DNA of 58,045 bases, filler included, from Sphacelaria rigidula (GCA_964200075.2; 5 parts of 5 records of this genome joined end to end with filler, not necessarily neighbours in it); one strand, 5' to 3'; shown: positions 24,459 through 37,129, counted from the first letter of the whole stretch. Made by a program: numbers and translations. Notes: generated from the sequence alone by a model not told the origin.

Positions 24459-26510
24459 CTATCGACACTGCTCCCCGTTGTACTTCCTGCACGCACCAAT
24501 AAGGGAATTGTAGCTCGCCACATTCGGTCTAACAGTACGCCCCCTCTGCATTTCCCTAAAGAGAGACAAGGCCTGTTGCCACTGCCCAGCATGTCCGCAC
24601 GCCGCGATGGCAGAGTTATAACTAATAACATCATGGGCGATGCCGTCCTCCTGCATCTCCCTGAAAAGCGCCAAAGCCTGTTCCCACTGACCGCCGTCCC
24701 CACATGCCTTGATTGTCAAGCTGTAGCTTACAATATCTTGATCGATATCGTCTCTCTGCATCTCCCTCAAGAGGGAGAGGGCTTTCTCCCACTGACCACC
24801 GCCCGCACAGGCTTTGATAACTGAGCTATAGCTTACAATGTCTTGAGCGATACCGCCCTCCTGCATATTCCTGAATATAGATAAAGCCTGTTCCCACTGA
24901 CCGCCGTCCCCGCATGCGACGATGGCCGAGCTGTAGTCCACGACGCTCGGGGCGATGCCCTGCCCTCGCATCTCCTTCAAAAGGGACAAAGCCTGCTCCC
25001 ACTGACCACTGTCCCCACACGCAGCGATCACCGAGCTGTATATTAATTCGTTCGGGATGATGGAATCCCGCTGCATCTCCCTCAGTAGCGAAAGGGCCTG
25101 CTCCCATTGGCCACTCACTCCACACGCCTTGATCGCCGAGTTAAAGCTCACCGTGTCTGGGGTTATTCCCTCGGTCTGCATCTCCCTCAACAGCGACAGA
25201 GCATGTTCCCACTGCATGCCGCAGCCACATGCAGTAATCGCGGAGTTGTAGCTGACCACATTTGGGGCCAGGCCCTCCGTTCGCATCTCCTTCAGAAGAG
25301 CTAATGCCTGCTCCCACTGACCACTAGTCCCGCATGCTGTGATGGCCGAGCTGTAGCTCACCACATTCGGAGCAATACCCTTCCTTCGCATCTCCCTCAA
25401 AAGTGACACGGCCTGCTCCCACTGGCCACCAGTCCCGCATGCCGTGATGGCCGAGCTATAGCTTACAACATCTTGAGCAACCCCGTGCCGCCGCATCTCT
25501 TTCAGAAGAGACAAAGCCTCTTGCCACTCGCCACTATCCCCGCAGGCCTTGATGGCTGAGCTATAGCTCACACCGTTAGGGGCGATACCCTGCCGCTCCA
25601 TCTGCCGCAAAAGAGACAAAGCTTGCTCCCATTTCCCACCGTCTCCACACGCCTTGATGGTCGAGCTATAGCTAACAACATCTGGCGAGACACCGTGTTT
25701 TCGCATCTCCTTTAAAAGCGACAAAGCCTGCGCCCACTGGCCACCTTCGCCACAGGCCGTGATCGCCACATTGAAACTAACCACATTCGGCGTGATGCCG
25801 TTGGTCTGCATTTCCACCAACAGTGCCAAAGCCTGCTCCCACCTACCACCGGCCCCACAGGCCTCGATAGTCGAATTGTAACATACAACGTCTGGCGTGA
25901 TGCCCTCCTTCTGCATTTTCTCCAAAAGAGAGAGGGCCTGCTCCCACTTTCCATGGGCCCCGCATGCCTTGATAGCGGAGCTATAGCTCACGACATTGGG
26001 ATAAACCCCTTCGTTTCGCATGAATTGCAAAACTCCAAGCGCCGTTTCCCATTTGCCACACTTCGCAGCGACAGCTATGGCAGCGCTGTAAACGTAGACG
26101 TCCACGACCAAGGGCGCGTCGTCGCGGTCGAGTGCCTCCTTCATGATTCGCTTCGCCTTTTCCCAATCGCGTCGCACCCCAGCTTGCTTCAGCTGGCTCA
26201 TATAGAACTGTTGCGTTGCTTGTAAACCATGTGATCTGTTCCTGTGCTGTCCCCTGCCAACATCTCGCCACTCTTTTGGTAATTTCGTAGTGGAGGAGAT
26301 GCCCACCTGCGATGGGTTCGAGAAAGCAGATTTGCGTGGCCTACGCAATGACCTCGTCATTTTGACGGTGACATTCGCAGCGGCGGTGACGCAGCGCAGC
26401 GCCATGATGTTTGCCGCAACCGAGACTAACAACGAGGACTGCAGGCCGAACCGACAAACACATGAACACACGAGGAGAACGGGAAGGACATCTTCATGAA
26501 CCAATGACAA
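24459..26510 (-). CDS. Intronless P-class pentatricopeptide repeat (PPR) protein with 15 full repeats plus partial ones
   Basis: 683-aa ORF with tandem 35-aa motifs of the type VVSYSSAI.ACG..GQWEQALSLL.EM...GI.P[ND]. The Arg/Ser/Ala-rich leader looks like an organelle transit peptide. The true start may be a downstream Met (MALRCV... at ~26405). Confidence 0.95.
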   Translation of the reverse strand: MSLVHEDVLPVLLVCSCVCRFGLQSSLLVSVAANIMALRCVTAAANVTVKMTRSLRRPRKSAFSNPSQVGISSTTKLPKEWRDVGRGQHRNRSHGLQATQQFYMSQLKQAGVRRDWEKAKRIMKEALDRDDAPLVVDVYVYSAAIAVAAKCGKWETALGVLQFMRNEGVYPNVVSYSSAIKACGAHGKWEQALSLLEKMQKEGITPDVVCYNSTIEACGAGGRWEQALALLVEMQTNGITPNVVSFNVAITACGEGGQWAQALSLLKEMRKHGVSPDVVSYSSTIKACGDGGKWEQALSLLRQMERQGIAPNGVSYSSAIKACGDSGEWQEALSLLKEMRRHGVAQDVVSYSSAITACGTGGQWEQAVSLLREMRRKGIAPNVVSYSSAITACGTSGQWEQALALLKEMRTEGLAPNVVSYNSAITACGCGMQWEHALSLLREMQTEGITPDTVSFNSAIKACGVSGQWEQALSLLREMQRDSIIPNELIYSSVIAACGDSGQWEQALSLLKEMRGQGIAPSVVDYSSAIVACGDGGQWEQALSIFRNMQEGGIAQDIVSYSSVIKACAGGGQWEKALSLLREMQRDDIDQDIVSYSLTIKACGDGGQWEQALALFREMQEDGIAHDVISYNSAIAACGHAGQWQQALSLFREMQRGRTVRPNVASYNSLIGACRKYNGEQCR

Positions 26511-27159
26511 GAGGCAGCCGTCGTATACATTACGTGACAGCAGTCATGACGCAGCCCCTGACACAGACGTGAAATGAAAATGCGTTTGAGAAACAGCGCT
26601 AGTTTGCTGTTGGGAGAATCCACTTGGAAAGAATACACGGGTTTTCCTCAACTGCAGTTGCCTACTGTACAGCACAAGGTAGCACGTGCTTCACCTCGAT
26701 ATCTGCGCCCACGCACAGAGATACGGTATGTGCAAGTTTCGTGGCAGTACAGCAGCGACTCATCAAGAAATGGAAAATTGAGCTGAAGCTCCATGTCGTG
26801 ATCATAGCGATATTGACTTGCAGTGTTTCTTGGAACAGTATGGGAATTACCACGCAGGTTTCAAGAGCCCCGCTCCTCAGTCCAACGATTATACTTTCCG
26901 GAAAATAAACAAAAAGGGGCACACCCGCCCCCAAAACGTTAGCCGGGAGCGGGCACGCCAAATCTGGATGCCCAGTTGATCGGTACAGGCATGCCACACC
27001 ACTCGCCATACCTGACGGTACACACTACTGAGTAGTGGTGTCATCACGGCGGTGTTGATTCCTCTCGTTTGATCGTAACCGGACATGCGACAGAAAGCTG
27101 CAACAAAGAACACCAAAATATCCAAGCATTTAGCATACTACCAGTATTTCACCACCTCC

Positions 27160-27790
27160 TATCAAAGAGAGCTTACATTGACAGCGCAGAATAATTGTGT
27201 TCCGTGCAAGGTACTTAGTATGCCCTACATGTGATATGCACAGCTATGTGTATTGCGCTGCTGCGGCAGCAGAAACACGCAGCAATGTTCGGTCAGACTA
27301 GTTGACCGTTTCGATCTCCACAGCCACGAGCGCACCATCTTCGTTGCATCCTGCTTTTTGCATCCCGATTGGATCCCAGTCTGCACGAACGCGTTATCTC
27401 CGTCAACATCAGTAGAAGCTCGCCAAACTTGCCCGGAAAGGGACACATGGAAACCTACGGCAGCTGATACAATCGAAATACTCAAGTATACAGCACTACA
27501 TCAGGTATCTAGGCCCTGCCATTGAAGAGAGCTCACTTCGACAGCGCAGAGTTTTTGTGTGCCTGCAAGGTAGCTACTATGCCGTGGACACGACATGAAT
27601 GATATGATAAAGTACACTACGCTGCCACAGCAGCAGCAGTGCGCAGCATACTTTATTCGGATCCGTTGCCCCCATAGACCTCGATCGTCACAATCGCGAC
27701 ATCTTCGCGGATCCTTGCTGCTTGGGTTCTGTTTGAATCTCGACTGCCACAAGCTCGCCATTTTCGTGACTTTTCGCTGGTCGTTCCTTG
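27160..27790. repeat. Old diverged direct duplication, period ~360 bp
   Basis: AAGAGAGCT.AC.T.GACAGCGCAGA...TGCAAGGTA...TATGCC at ~27165 and ~27525, with further patchy matches downstream. Confidence 0.7.
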
Positions 27791-30759
27791 TGCGCAAAAA
27801 GCGGTCACCTACCCCTGCTGTGTCACGCGCCGAACTCGCCAAGAAGCAGGCAGTGAGGACTACAAATATAAAGGTGAACGGTAAATATATATGGGGAGGA
27901 CAAAGCAAAAGGCACATATCCCAATAATACTAGGTTCGAGGAGGTACACCTACGCGCCAGGCGGCAAACGGGGGCACACTGTCACCTCAAGCCGAGGCCT
28001 GCCTTCACAGTTGCTAGTGCTGTCTTTACACTGCGATTTTTGTGGAAACCAAAACGTTATCGAGAACCGAAGACGGTCCAGGGAATACGCGAGATGAAGA
28101 AATACAATATATAGCCTTCGGAGACCACGTCTCAAGCCCTCCCTTTCCTTGTATCCCCAATTTGCTTAGAGCTCAGGGGTTGTACCCCTTTTTCTTCAAT
28201 GTCTTTCATCTTCTGTTTTTCCCAGAAAATCAATGCTCACCCTGTTTATCTACCCCCTTCCTCATGAACGGACCTCTTCTGAATTGGGAATATTTCACAG
28301 CCTTACCAGGAGTGCGTTGCTGTGGTGATTGGAATGTAGTTGCTTGCTTGCCATACGAACCTGAAGGACGAAACCTCGGCCGCATCTTCAATTTCCCGTT
28401 CCTGGCGTACGGAACAGGCGTAGAAGCTGTCCCGATGGTGCAAGCTTCCTACCGTGGTTTTTTCTTGGTGTCAGATGGTACGTCAGGTGGTCACCAATAC
28501 CCGGCCACAGCACTACTGGATTGTAGGCTTCAGTATTGCGTGCTGACCGCTGCGCCGAGCATTCACGTACCGGTCGTTAGCGCGCTGATGAGCGCGAGAA
28601 CGTATCGGCCGACTTGCAGGAGAGTGCTAGACAGTGGTGCAGCCACTTCACCATTCGACAACTCTCACAGAGCCTGGCTCACCACGGCAACTGCCTGCTA
28701 TCAAACAAGGGACTACCGGCTGTTCAGGTTGTCGTTCAAAACTTGTGCTAACGCGTTGCCTACCAAGCGCCGAGATCATGATTTAATTGGCAACCGCTGT
28801 GACGTATGGCCCGCGGCCGGCAGCAAGCATTTCAAGCACTGATACGCCCTCGCCAGATCGTCCTAATTCATCACGCCAAAGCGAGTCACGACTCACGTGT
28901 AAGCACAACTGTTGACTGATGGGAAATTTAACCGCTGCCTTTAGTCATGAATTCCCGCGATTAGGAACTTCTTGTCTTGGTTGCTGTCGGGCTACATTGG
29001 ATATTCCGAATTGCGGAGGCGCACGGGAAGGGTTCGCGTTGGATGGGCATCGAGGCGAAATAGCCATCATCAACCACGGGCTTGTGTTCGCGAATTTCAG
29101 CGATAAACGGGGTATGTACACCCTCCCGGGGTGAGTACCTGGTCAACGCAGGCAACAGTCTTCACACCGCCGCACCGAATCTTTTTCTGTCTAGAAGCTG
29201 ATAGACGTTCCAAAGAGGAGGCGCTGTCATGGGCGTCGTTCATGTAATTCCAGACGAGATGGATCAATACATTCGCCACGATACGGTGCTTCATGTACTT
29301 TTTTGTACCGTAGCTTATCCATGCAAGGGAACTCTGCTTCACTTCCTCGAGTAGCAGTTTCCGCGCAAACTTCAAAACTACATCGCATAGCATCGAGCTT
29401 CCCCGTACTGTATTCACACGTGAAGAATGGTGTCACATATTTAGCCGCGAGGATCCGTTTCATTAGCAGATGACTATTGTGCATACAGCATAGCAGTGTT
29501 TGTTCCTGACAAAATACTGAAGTGGATACATCACCTACTTCAGCCCAAACATAAATACAGGTAACCGCGCAAGTTGGAGCTGTCCGTAGTAGGTCCGAAC
29601 CACTCAAAATTCAAACTCGACGCTGAACAAGGCGCCCACAGCCATGCAGAGCATGTACATGAACTTTCGCAAAAAAAGCGACTTGGGGCCGAATAGCATC
29701 GCGGGAAACAAGGGCCTCGCAGAGTACCCTCTTTGTCCGACAATGGGGTGGGTGTACCCAGCAAAAACTGCCATGCGTATCTTGTACCTCCTTGTGTTTC
29801 ACGCCATCTCATATTATGTCCGGAGTGTACCTCTTTTTGACCAATATCGGCCTCCCACAGCCCCTGTCCAACCCACCGCACGGCATACAATCGAATGGCT
29901 GAAGAAAATCTCCAAATCTACTGTATACCTCCTTCTAGGGCCTGGAGACTCGAGACCCCCGCGGAGTGATTGGCACACCGCACGACCGTTGGTAAGCGAC
30001 ACAACAAGCTGCGAAATACGCAAGGATATGGAGTACAACTGCTGAACCCCTCCGTCACTCTGTCATCACTTTGGCGAACAGCGCGACTATATCGAGACAA
30101 CTTGCCCTACAGGGCGCTGCCAATGGGGTGAACGCTGCCGCACTTAGGCTTGTACCGATTATGCTAGCAGATTTTTTAGCATAATTCCATGTTAATAGCA
30201 TAAAGAGCATAGCGTTTCGCAGTGTTGCGCCAGAAGAAAAACAAGCCGAGTATGTGCCGATTTTCGCATACAAGAGTCGTTGTAGAAAGTATCAGCTGGG
30301 ATCATCCGCAAAGTAGATGCAGTCCACACGAGCGAGATGCCTCAGAGGGAGGACCTACGGCCCAACACGCGGCATATCTGAAAAGCTATGTTCAAGGCTG
30401 GATCGTCGGCACAAGTTGCAGGCTGAGAACGTGATTGTGTTCCGCGTTCGGTGGTGTACATGGCGTTGCTAGGTACGGGTGCCTTGCGGGTCCCATGGTA
30501 CGACGATAGGTGGCGACCACGCTTCGCGTTCCAGCGCATCACCGCGCCTGGGGCTTAGTGTATGGAGTGTACAATCCGCCTGAAAAAGAAGCATCTGAAT
30601 TGCTTTCGGAGCAAAGGAGAACGGCACGATGGTTTGCATCCATGTCTGGCGGCGCAGCTGATGGCTTTGAACTTTGAAAACTCCGTCATGACCACTACAA
30701 AGTGCGGTACAATACGCTGATGCAATGTACGGTCTACAGACAGTACACGTACCGTAATA

Positions 30760-30966
30760 CAGGTATCTCAAACTCGGTTCCCGGTTTCCTGTTTCGTTGT
30801 GCTCTATTTTTTCAAGTGAAAGTGATGGTGATTCATTGGATGATGAGACCCTCCAACCACCAGGTCAGGTCCTCCTATAAATCGCCTTCACTTTCACTTG
30901 AAAAAAATTCCAAAGCCCAGGGCCAGCGAATAACCAGGAAACCGGGATCCGAGTTTGAGATGCCTC
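30760..30966. mobile_element. Tc1/mariner-type (Stowaway-like) MITE, 207 bp
   Basis: TA|CAGGTATCTCAAACTCGG.TCCCGGTTTCCTG ... CAGGAAACCGGGATCCGAGTTTGAGATGCCTC|TA. Internally palindromic. Confidence 0.85.
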
Positions 30967-32210
30967 TACTACTGCGTAACTGCATCTGATATGCGGTGTA
31001 ACCAGGGCATAACCGCATCTCATCTTTATTTGGATACTTTGCTTGTGGATTTCCCACCTGCGAATGGGCGTTTCATCATGAAACTTTGCACACTAGTCGA
31101 GCACAACACAGACAGCATATGCGCGAAGCATCCGGGTGATTGGGCCCCAGACCCTCCTACGACATGGCCACAAGCGATTTCGGGGAATGCCGTCTACGCG
31201 TCATCAAATTGGCTACACAGCAGCCCATACTTTGCGCACTATAGGCAATGTATATGTGCACGCGCAAATGCACAAACTTAGACATGTTGAGCGGCTCCAC
31301 GGCCGATGCCGTAGCAAACTGACACCGGTCCATACTGCAACCGTTTATGGATCATGACCATCTGTGGTGTACCGATTGGTATAAACTCTGTACAGCTGCG
31401 CAGTTCATGACGCACGGCCCTTCGCACGCTGTAGCCCCTGCGAGGCGATGAAACTTCGCTCACATGCTGTGCGAACCACAGTCAACGGTTACACGTCGCT
31501 ATATCTGGTGCTATGCGCTGCAGTAGTGCGCACTAGAGGGAAAAACGGTCAGATTCTGTTCGGAGTGTTCCTTTTTTTTTGGCGCAACACTGTTCGGTGA
31601 GGAGCAGAAATGGTACAGGATTCCAGCCATTAGCAGAAAAAGCATATTACCCACATTACTAGCATAATCGAGCGTAATTTTCCACCGTGGGGGCTGGTAA
31701 GCTAGCCTACATGCTTGCCTCCTCCCATATTTTGGCTGAAAAGCTGCGATTGACCCTGGGTCTTGAACAAATACGTAATCGTGCACTACTTCAGTTGAGA
31801 TTATGATCATCAGCACAGCAGCACAGCAGTAGTGCAGTACTATATATATCTTGTATCAGTACAATACATATACTCACTGAAAAACTGACGAAGTTGAGAA
31901 GAGCTATATAATAAGTTCTAATAATATAATAATAATAATTACCATGTTATTTGAAAATAAAAAGTGTGTCGGTGTGTCCGGCCGAACACGGCATCCTTGT
32001 TGAATTTAAGGAGCAGAATCAAATATCATGTCGACGTGGCGACCCTAAATCGAGCATAATTTCCACTTAACGAGCGATTCTTCCGGGGAAATGACGAGCA
32101 TAAAAAACCCGACTTTGCCAGCATAATCGATACAGCAAGCCTCATCAACTTATTCCTCCCTGGTTCACGCTGTGCTTTTTTGTCTCGTGGATTGGATCAG
32201 CACTGCCGCA

Positions 32211-32935
32211 AACACGGGATCTCACAAATTGAGGATGGATTTTTTATTGGGGATGAGAAACCCGCAGAATTAAAATCTTCGTATCCACACCAAAACTTCG
32301 AAATATGGTTTCATTTCTTCACCTACTAATAGCTATTAACAACTGCTAAACGCCGCAGAAATTTGGATTTCAATCACCGAAATGTTAGGGTCCTAGGTAG
32401 ATAAGCATTTCTGGCGAATTCCGGGTGTCCGAACGGAGGCCAAAATGGTTCCGAAATTAGTTTTTGACCTACAGTACGGGCCCGCTAGTAAGAAACGTGT
32501 CAGTCAGAAAATCAGCATCAAATTTTAGACAAACTTGAGAAACGGCCCAGCCTCGGCATCTGCCGCAACTTAAAAAAGAGCAACCCTTCCCTGGNNNNNN
32601 NNNNGCTGTTTCGCTTTTAAGAAAATCATGCTCATTTTCCCGGGAAAATAAGAAAGGAGCATTTAAGAAAATGATGCACATGCTCCCAGGAAAATAAGAA
32701 ACCCAGCCTCAGCCCGTTTTTTCAGTTTCTTACTAGCGGGCCGGTACTGTAGGACCCCAATTTTTCGGCGATCGAAATCCAAATTTCTATGGCGTGTAGC
32801 AGTTGTCACTAGCTATCAGCAGGTGAAACGATGGAACCATATCTCGAACTTTTGGTGTGGTTTCGAAGATTTTAAATTCTCCGGGTTGCTCACCCCCAAT
32901 GAAAGACCCATCCCCAATTTGTAAGATCCGGTGTT
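32211..32935. mobile_element. Foldback/MITE family A (AACACGGGAT...ATCCGGTGTT, ~190-bp inverted arms)
   Basis: Arms at ~32211-32398 and ~32750-32935 are reverse complements. Related copies at 34598-34680 and 51786-52604. Confidence 0.85.
32472..32749. mobile_element. TA-flanked Tc1/mariner-type MITE nested in family A
   Basis: TA|CAGTACGGGCCCGCTAGTAAGAAAC ... GTTTCTTACTAGCGGGCCGGTACTG|TA. Removing it restores CCTAGGACCCC, the empty site seen at ~51948 and in the opposite arm. Confidence 0.88.
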
Positions 32936-34597
32936 CGCAGCACATCGATCCTCGTTGTACAAACTAGAGAAAGAGCACAAACTCTCTACTGCTACTCACG
33001 TCCTCACGTCTTCGTGCTTTCAACGACGGAAATAAGATACTTCGCACTTGGAAGAAAAACCCAAACGCATCTGGCAAGAATCAAACCCGCGTTCTTTCCC
33101 ACCCTACGGTGTCAGTTGTGCCATCATAACCCGGGGGGCTCGGGACAGTTTTTTTTTATTTTTATAATGGGCCGCGGCAGTGCTGATGGGAAAACCTGCG
33201 ACACGATCCACTTGGGGATGTTGGTGTTGCCATGGTTACTTGGGGCACAACAACATGATAGCGAAAACGACATACAGACAGTACAGGGCAGTGCAGCGCA
33301 GTGCAGTGCAGCGCAGTGCAGTGCAGCGCGGCGGGGTAGGTACAGTACAGTAGTAGTCTTTCACTGCAGTTACTCGGGACAATACGACAGCGGTCAGAAA
33401 GTACAGCAGCACAGTGTTCACAGTCCTGCGTGTCTCCATATCTATTAAAGAGGAATTATCTACAGGTGGTACTGCAACTGACTCCATTTCTTGGGATAAT
33501 CCACAGCCCTGCTGGCAATCTCACCTCTCACCACAGCCGACGGTAGCAGCGCTGCCTGTTGAGGTGTATGACATTGTGGCTGTAAATGTTAGTCTACACG
33601 CATCCTGCTCAGACCGGAGGTCACCCGTCCACCCGTGATTTTTCAAATCCTTGAGGTGGGTGTGGTACTGCGGTACGTTTATACAGTATCTTGTTTCTTG
33701 TATATCGTCAGCAATGAAATGAAATATGAACAGTGCCCGTGGGAAAGAGTGAAAATGTCGACCAGAGCGTGATATGAAATATAATACAGTCGTTTTTCTG
33801 TAGGTCACTGCCTGCGGCTGCCTTGTCTCCTGCCGGAAACAACCTGCGTAGTGGAAGGACTTGACGTGGAGTATTGGAGTTACGGTACTGTGGCTGGTGC
33901 GCCCAAATATACTGCAAAGTGTAGACCGACGTCCAGAAAAGATGGGACGAAAGCGCGCACACACACTGTACATCCTCACCCTACTGGATAGCAGGGTACA
34001 AAGGGAACCTTATCCGAAAATCCGACGTGAATGGCCAAAATCTGCCAAAATCAGGGCCCCCATTGATAGCAACACACCGCAGCATATCGCTACGGGATGT
34101 AGTGAGGGTTATTCTGGCATAACCTCTCCTCTTTTGTTGGGACCAATCCGTAGATCAAAGATCAAAGGATCAATGAATCGCTCCTCGTAGAACGTACGTT
34201 CCCCGACATTTTTTTGTATCGAAGAGACTGGACTAGCATCCCCGCACCCCGTCGATTCTCGGTCGATTTACTTTTTTTTTGCAACTCGCGATGTCACGCT
34301 TTTAGCGACGGAAACCGGATTCTGATACTGTTCTATGTCATAATCTAATCAAGCAACCTACCACCCTCCTGCAGTAGCTGGTTATTGATGTACCATTGCA
34401 TCTTCGATCACCGGGGCGCGATAACATACAATACTTGAACATACTCACGCTGCGGGGCGCAGGAATAGGCGAATTACGGCCAGACGGGCGAGTCAGAGAC
34501 AAAAAAAGATCTCACGATTTTGGGCTCATCAGCCGCAACCTTTCTCTGAACAGCAGGGGCATAGGAATAATACGATCGCCAGCGCACAGGAGAAAAA

Positions 34598-34680
34598 AAC
34601 ACGGGATCGTACAAATTGGGGATGGATCTTACAAATTGGGGATGAGAAACCCGGAAAATTAAAATCTTCGTATCCACCAA
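34598..34680 (+). mobile_element. Partial left arm of family A
   Basis: AACACGGGAT...ATTGGGGATGAGAAACCCG..AATTAAAATCTTCGTATCCAC matches 32211-32288. Confidence 0.8.
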
Positions 34681-34791
34681 GAGGGCACAAAAAAATAGTC
34701 CTGGACCCACACTCCAATTTTTTTTTCGACCTTCTGAGGGGGGGGGGGGGGGGGGGGGGGGGGTGCCCTTTTTTTTTTTTGTTTTTTAAGA

Positions 34792-34891
34792 NNNNNNNNN
34801 NNNNNNNNNNNNNNNNNNNNNNNNNNNNNNNNNNNTTAATTAATTAANNNNNNNNNNNNNNNNNNNNNNNNNNNNNNNNNNNNNNNNNNNN
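34792..34891. other. Artificial 100-nt scaffold linker
   Basis: N44-TTAATTAATTAA-N44. Confidence 0.97.
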
Positions 34892-35012
34892 AGGCACACG
34901 CTAGTGATGGAGGCCAAGAAAAGCACACACGGGATGAAAAAATGGCTAAGTTAAAGCGAATGATCAAAGCCACTTTCAATCAGCGCTCTACTCTCAATCT
35001 CACGGAAACGTT
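34892..35012 (+). mobile_element. Partial copy of MITE family B
   Basis: Matches 37303-37420 directly and 35698-35817 in reverse complement. Confidence 0.8.
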
Positions 35013-35698
35013 GCTTAATACACCATATCTCCGTTTTACGATGGCAGCTGCGTTCCCGACATCATTAGGAGCGTGCTCGCCGGAGCAAGAAAAAAAAACA
35101 TAGAGGAAATGCAGAGTTTTCGAGAGTGGCACGTGGATAGCGCAGTTTCGTCGTTTGGAATGTGCTGAGTTCCCGATTTTCACATATTCCTCGAGGCGAA
35201 AAGAAAATAACAAAAACTTTCAGGCATCTTTGGTGCAGAAGAAATCACGCCAACTCGGCGATAAAAATCCATGGTTGAAGCAAACTTGGTTCGAGCGTAC
35301 ACGATCACATTCGGATCTTTCGAACGGGCTCACAGTCCCCGTGCCTTGCATCCACCGTGCACCGCACGACTTTTGGCTCATACCAGCGCCGATTTGAGCC
35401 AAATCAGCGCACACTTCGCCTGGGGCACTGTGCTTATCACCCTCGTCCGGCGGTGCTCGGGCTGCCTTGTGCTGGCGTCAGGGTCACGGGGTTAGCTTCA
35501 TGGTTTGACGAAAATAAACTGTACTCGAATATGAAATATTATCGCGCCGAAATTCGCGTAAACCCGCCTCATGTAGTGCGACGGAAAAATCTCTGTGCCT
35601 CGTACAATATATGGTCAATAGCTGCGATAGAAAAACTGTACTGCGTAAAGTGTAGGCCTATTGCAACTGTTGACTGTTGTCGAGCGCTATAAAATAAC

Positions 35699-35988
35699 GT
35701 TTTCATGAGATTGAGAGTACAGCGCTGAGTGAAAGTGGCTTTGATCATTCGCTTCAACTGAGCCAATTTTTCATTCCGTGTGTGCTCTTCCTCGCCTCCT
35801 TCACTGGCGTGTGCTTACAGCTACACGTAGATATCCTACTCAGATATTATCAAGGGCCTCAGTGGCAAACTACCGCAGAGAGCACATCGGGCCTCGTGTG
35901 GGAGCATTTCGGAACAGAAACGATCCATTAACTAATTTACCGCTGGTCACTCTCAATCGTATCCTCTACTCTCAAATCTCACGAAAAC
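35699..35988 (-). mobile_element. MITE family B, ~290 bp
   Basis: TIRs GTTTTCATGAGATTGAGAGTACAG / CTCTACTCTCAAATCTCACGAAAAC. Reverse-complement homologue of 37130-37420. Confidence 0.8.
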
Positions 35989-37129
35989 ATTGTTCTAGTT
36001 GCACTAGGCCTATATTTTACGCGGCACATTTTTTTTTGTTTCTGTTGTGACAACCATTGACCGTATAGTCTCCAGGGTGCGTAGGATTCGTAGTAACCAC
36101 CCTAATGAGAAGACACCCACTTTACTCCGTGTATTCACGGGTCGATTAAAATCACGCAAAAGAAGTTTGCAACAGGGTTTGTCTGCCCACAACAACCACT
36201 TTGGGTCCTCGTGAGCATAGACACATGAACGTTCTTGAAGAACGGTGTTTTGAAGAACGGTGTTTTCTCTTGAAGCTAACGCATAATAACTGGACAGGTC
36301 CGGCAATGTCAAAAGGTGCGCCACAACGACCATGACGGTAACCCCCGACCCGCACAGGTGACACCCACATGGCCAAGCCCAAACAAACATGCACGTACAT
36401 CTGCTGTACAATCACATTACGCCCAGAATAGCGATAGCTCTCGTGCCTGTCTACACGCAGCGGTGTTTCGCGTTACGGTCAGCCGTTCGGTCGACGTGTG
36501 TGTGTGCAAAAAACGTTGCTCATGACGGAGCTGTTGACTTCTTGTGCGTGTGCTGACGCCCGTCTGTCAGGAGTCATCGTATGGTATCTCGTCCAATCTC
36601 GGACAGATTTGACCCCAAGGTGGATAAGAACGCCTTGTTCAGTTGACCAACAGCTACGGCTCGAGCGCAGTACGTATTACAACATTTTTCTCGGGACAGT
36701 GAAATCAGAGGATGACACGTGCTTCTGCTTCAGATCTGTACTATGTGATACGTGACGGGCGTCAACCACACCACGGACGTTCTTGCCGCTCCTTCATGTT
36801 CCCGTTCACTGGAAAATCTTCTCGCGAGCAGACCAACCTCGTCGTTGATAGATCGAAAAATATATCTGGAGTCGTGTCTTTTATCAGATTTGTTTTACAT
36901 CGAACGAAAAAAGTGCGGCGGAATTGATTCGATCGAAAGTCGTTCGTTTCGCGCGGTTTGGGCCCCGATCAAATTTGCACGCCTTCACTCATTACGGTGG
37001 AATTCGTGTATAGTGGTGCTCGTTCACATGTCATCAGTACAGACATTATACAGAACTGTCTGTATTGTCCGGACAGTGTGCGTGAGTGTTTTCGTACAGT
37101 ATGATGTGAAAAGAAGTCGGAACAAAACA

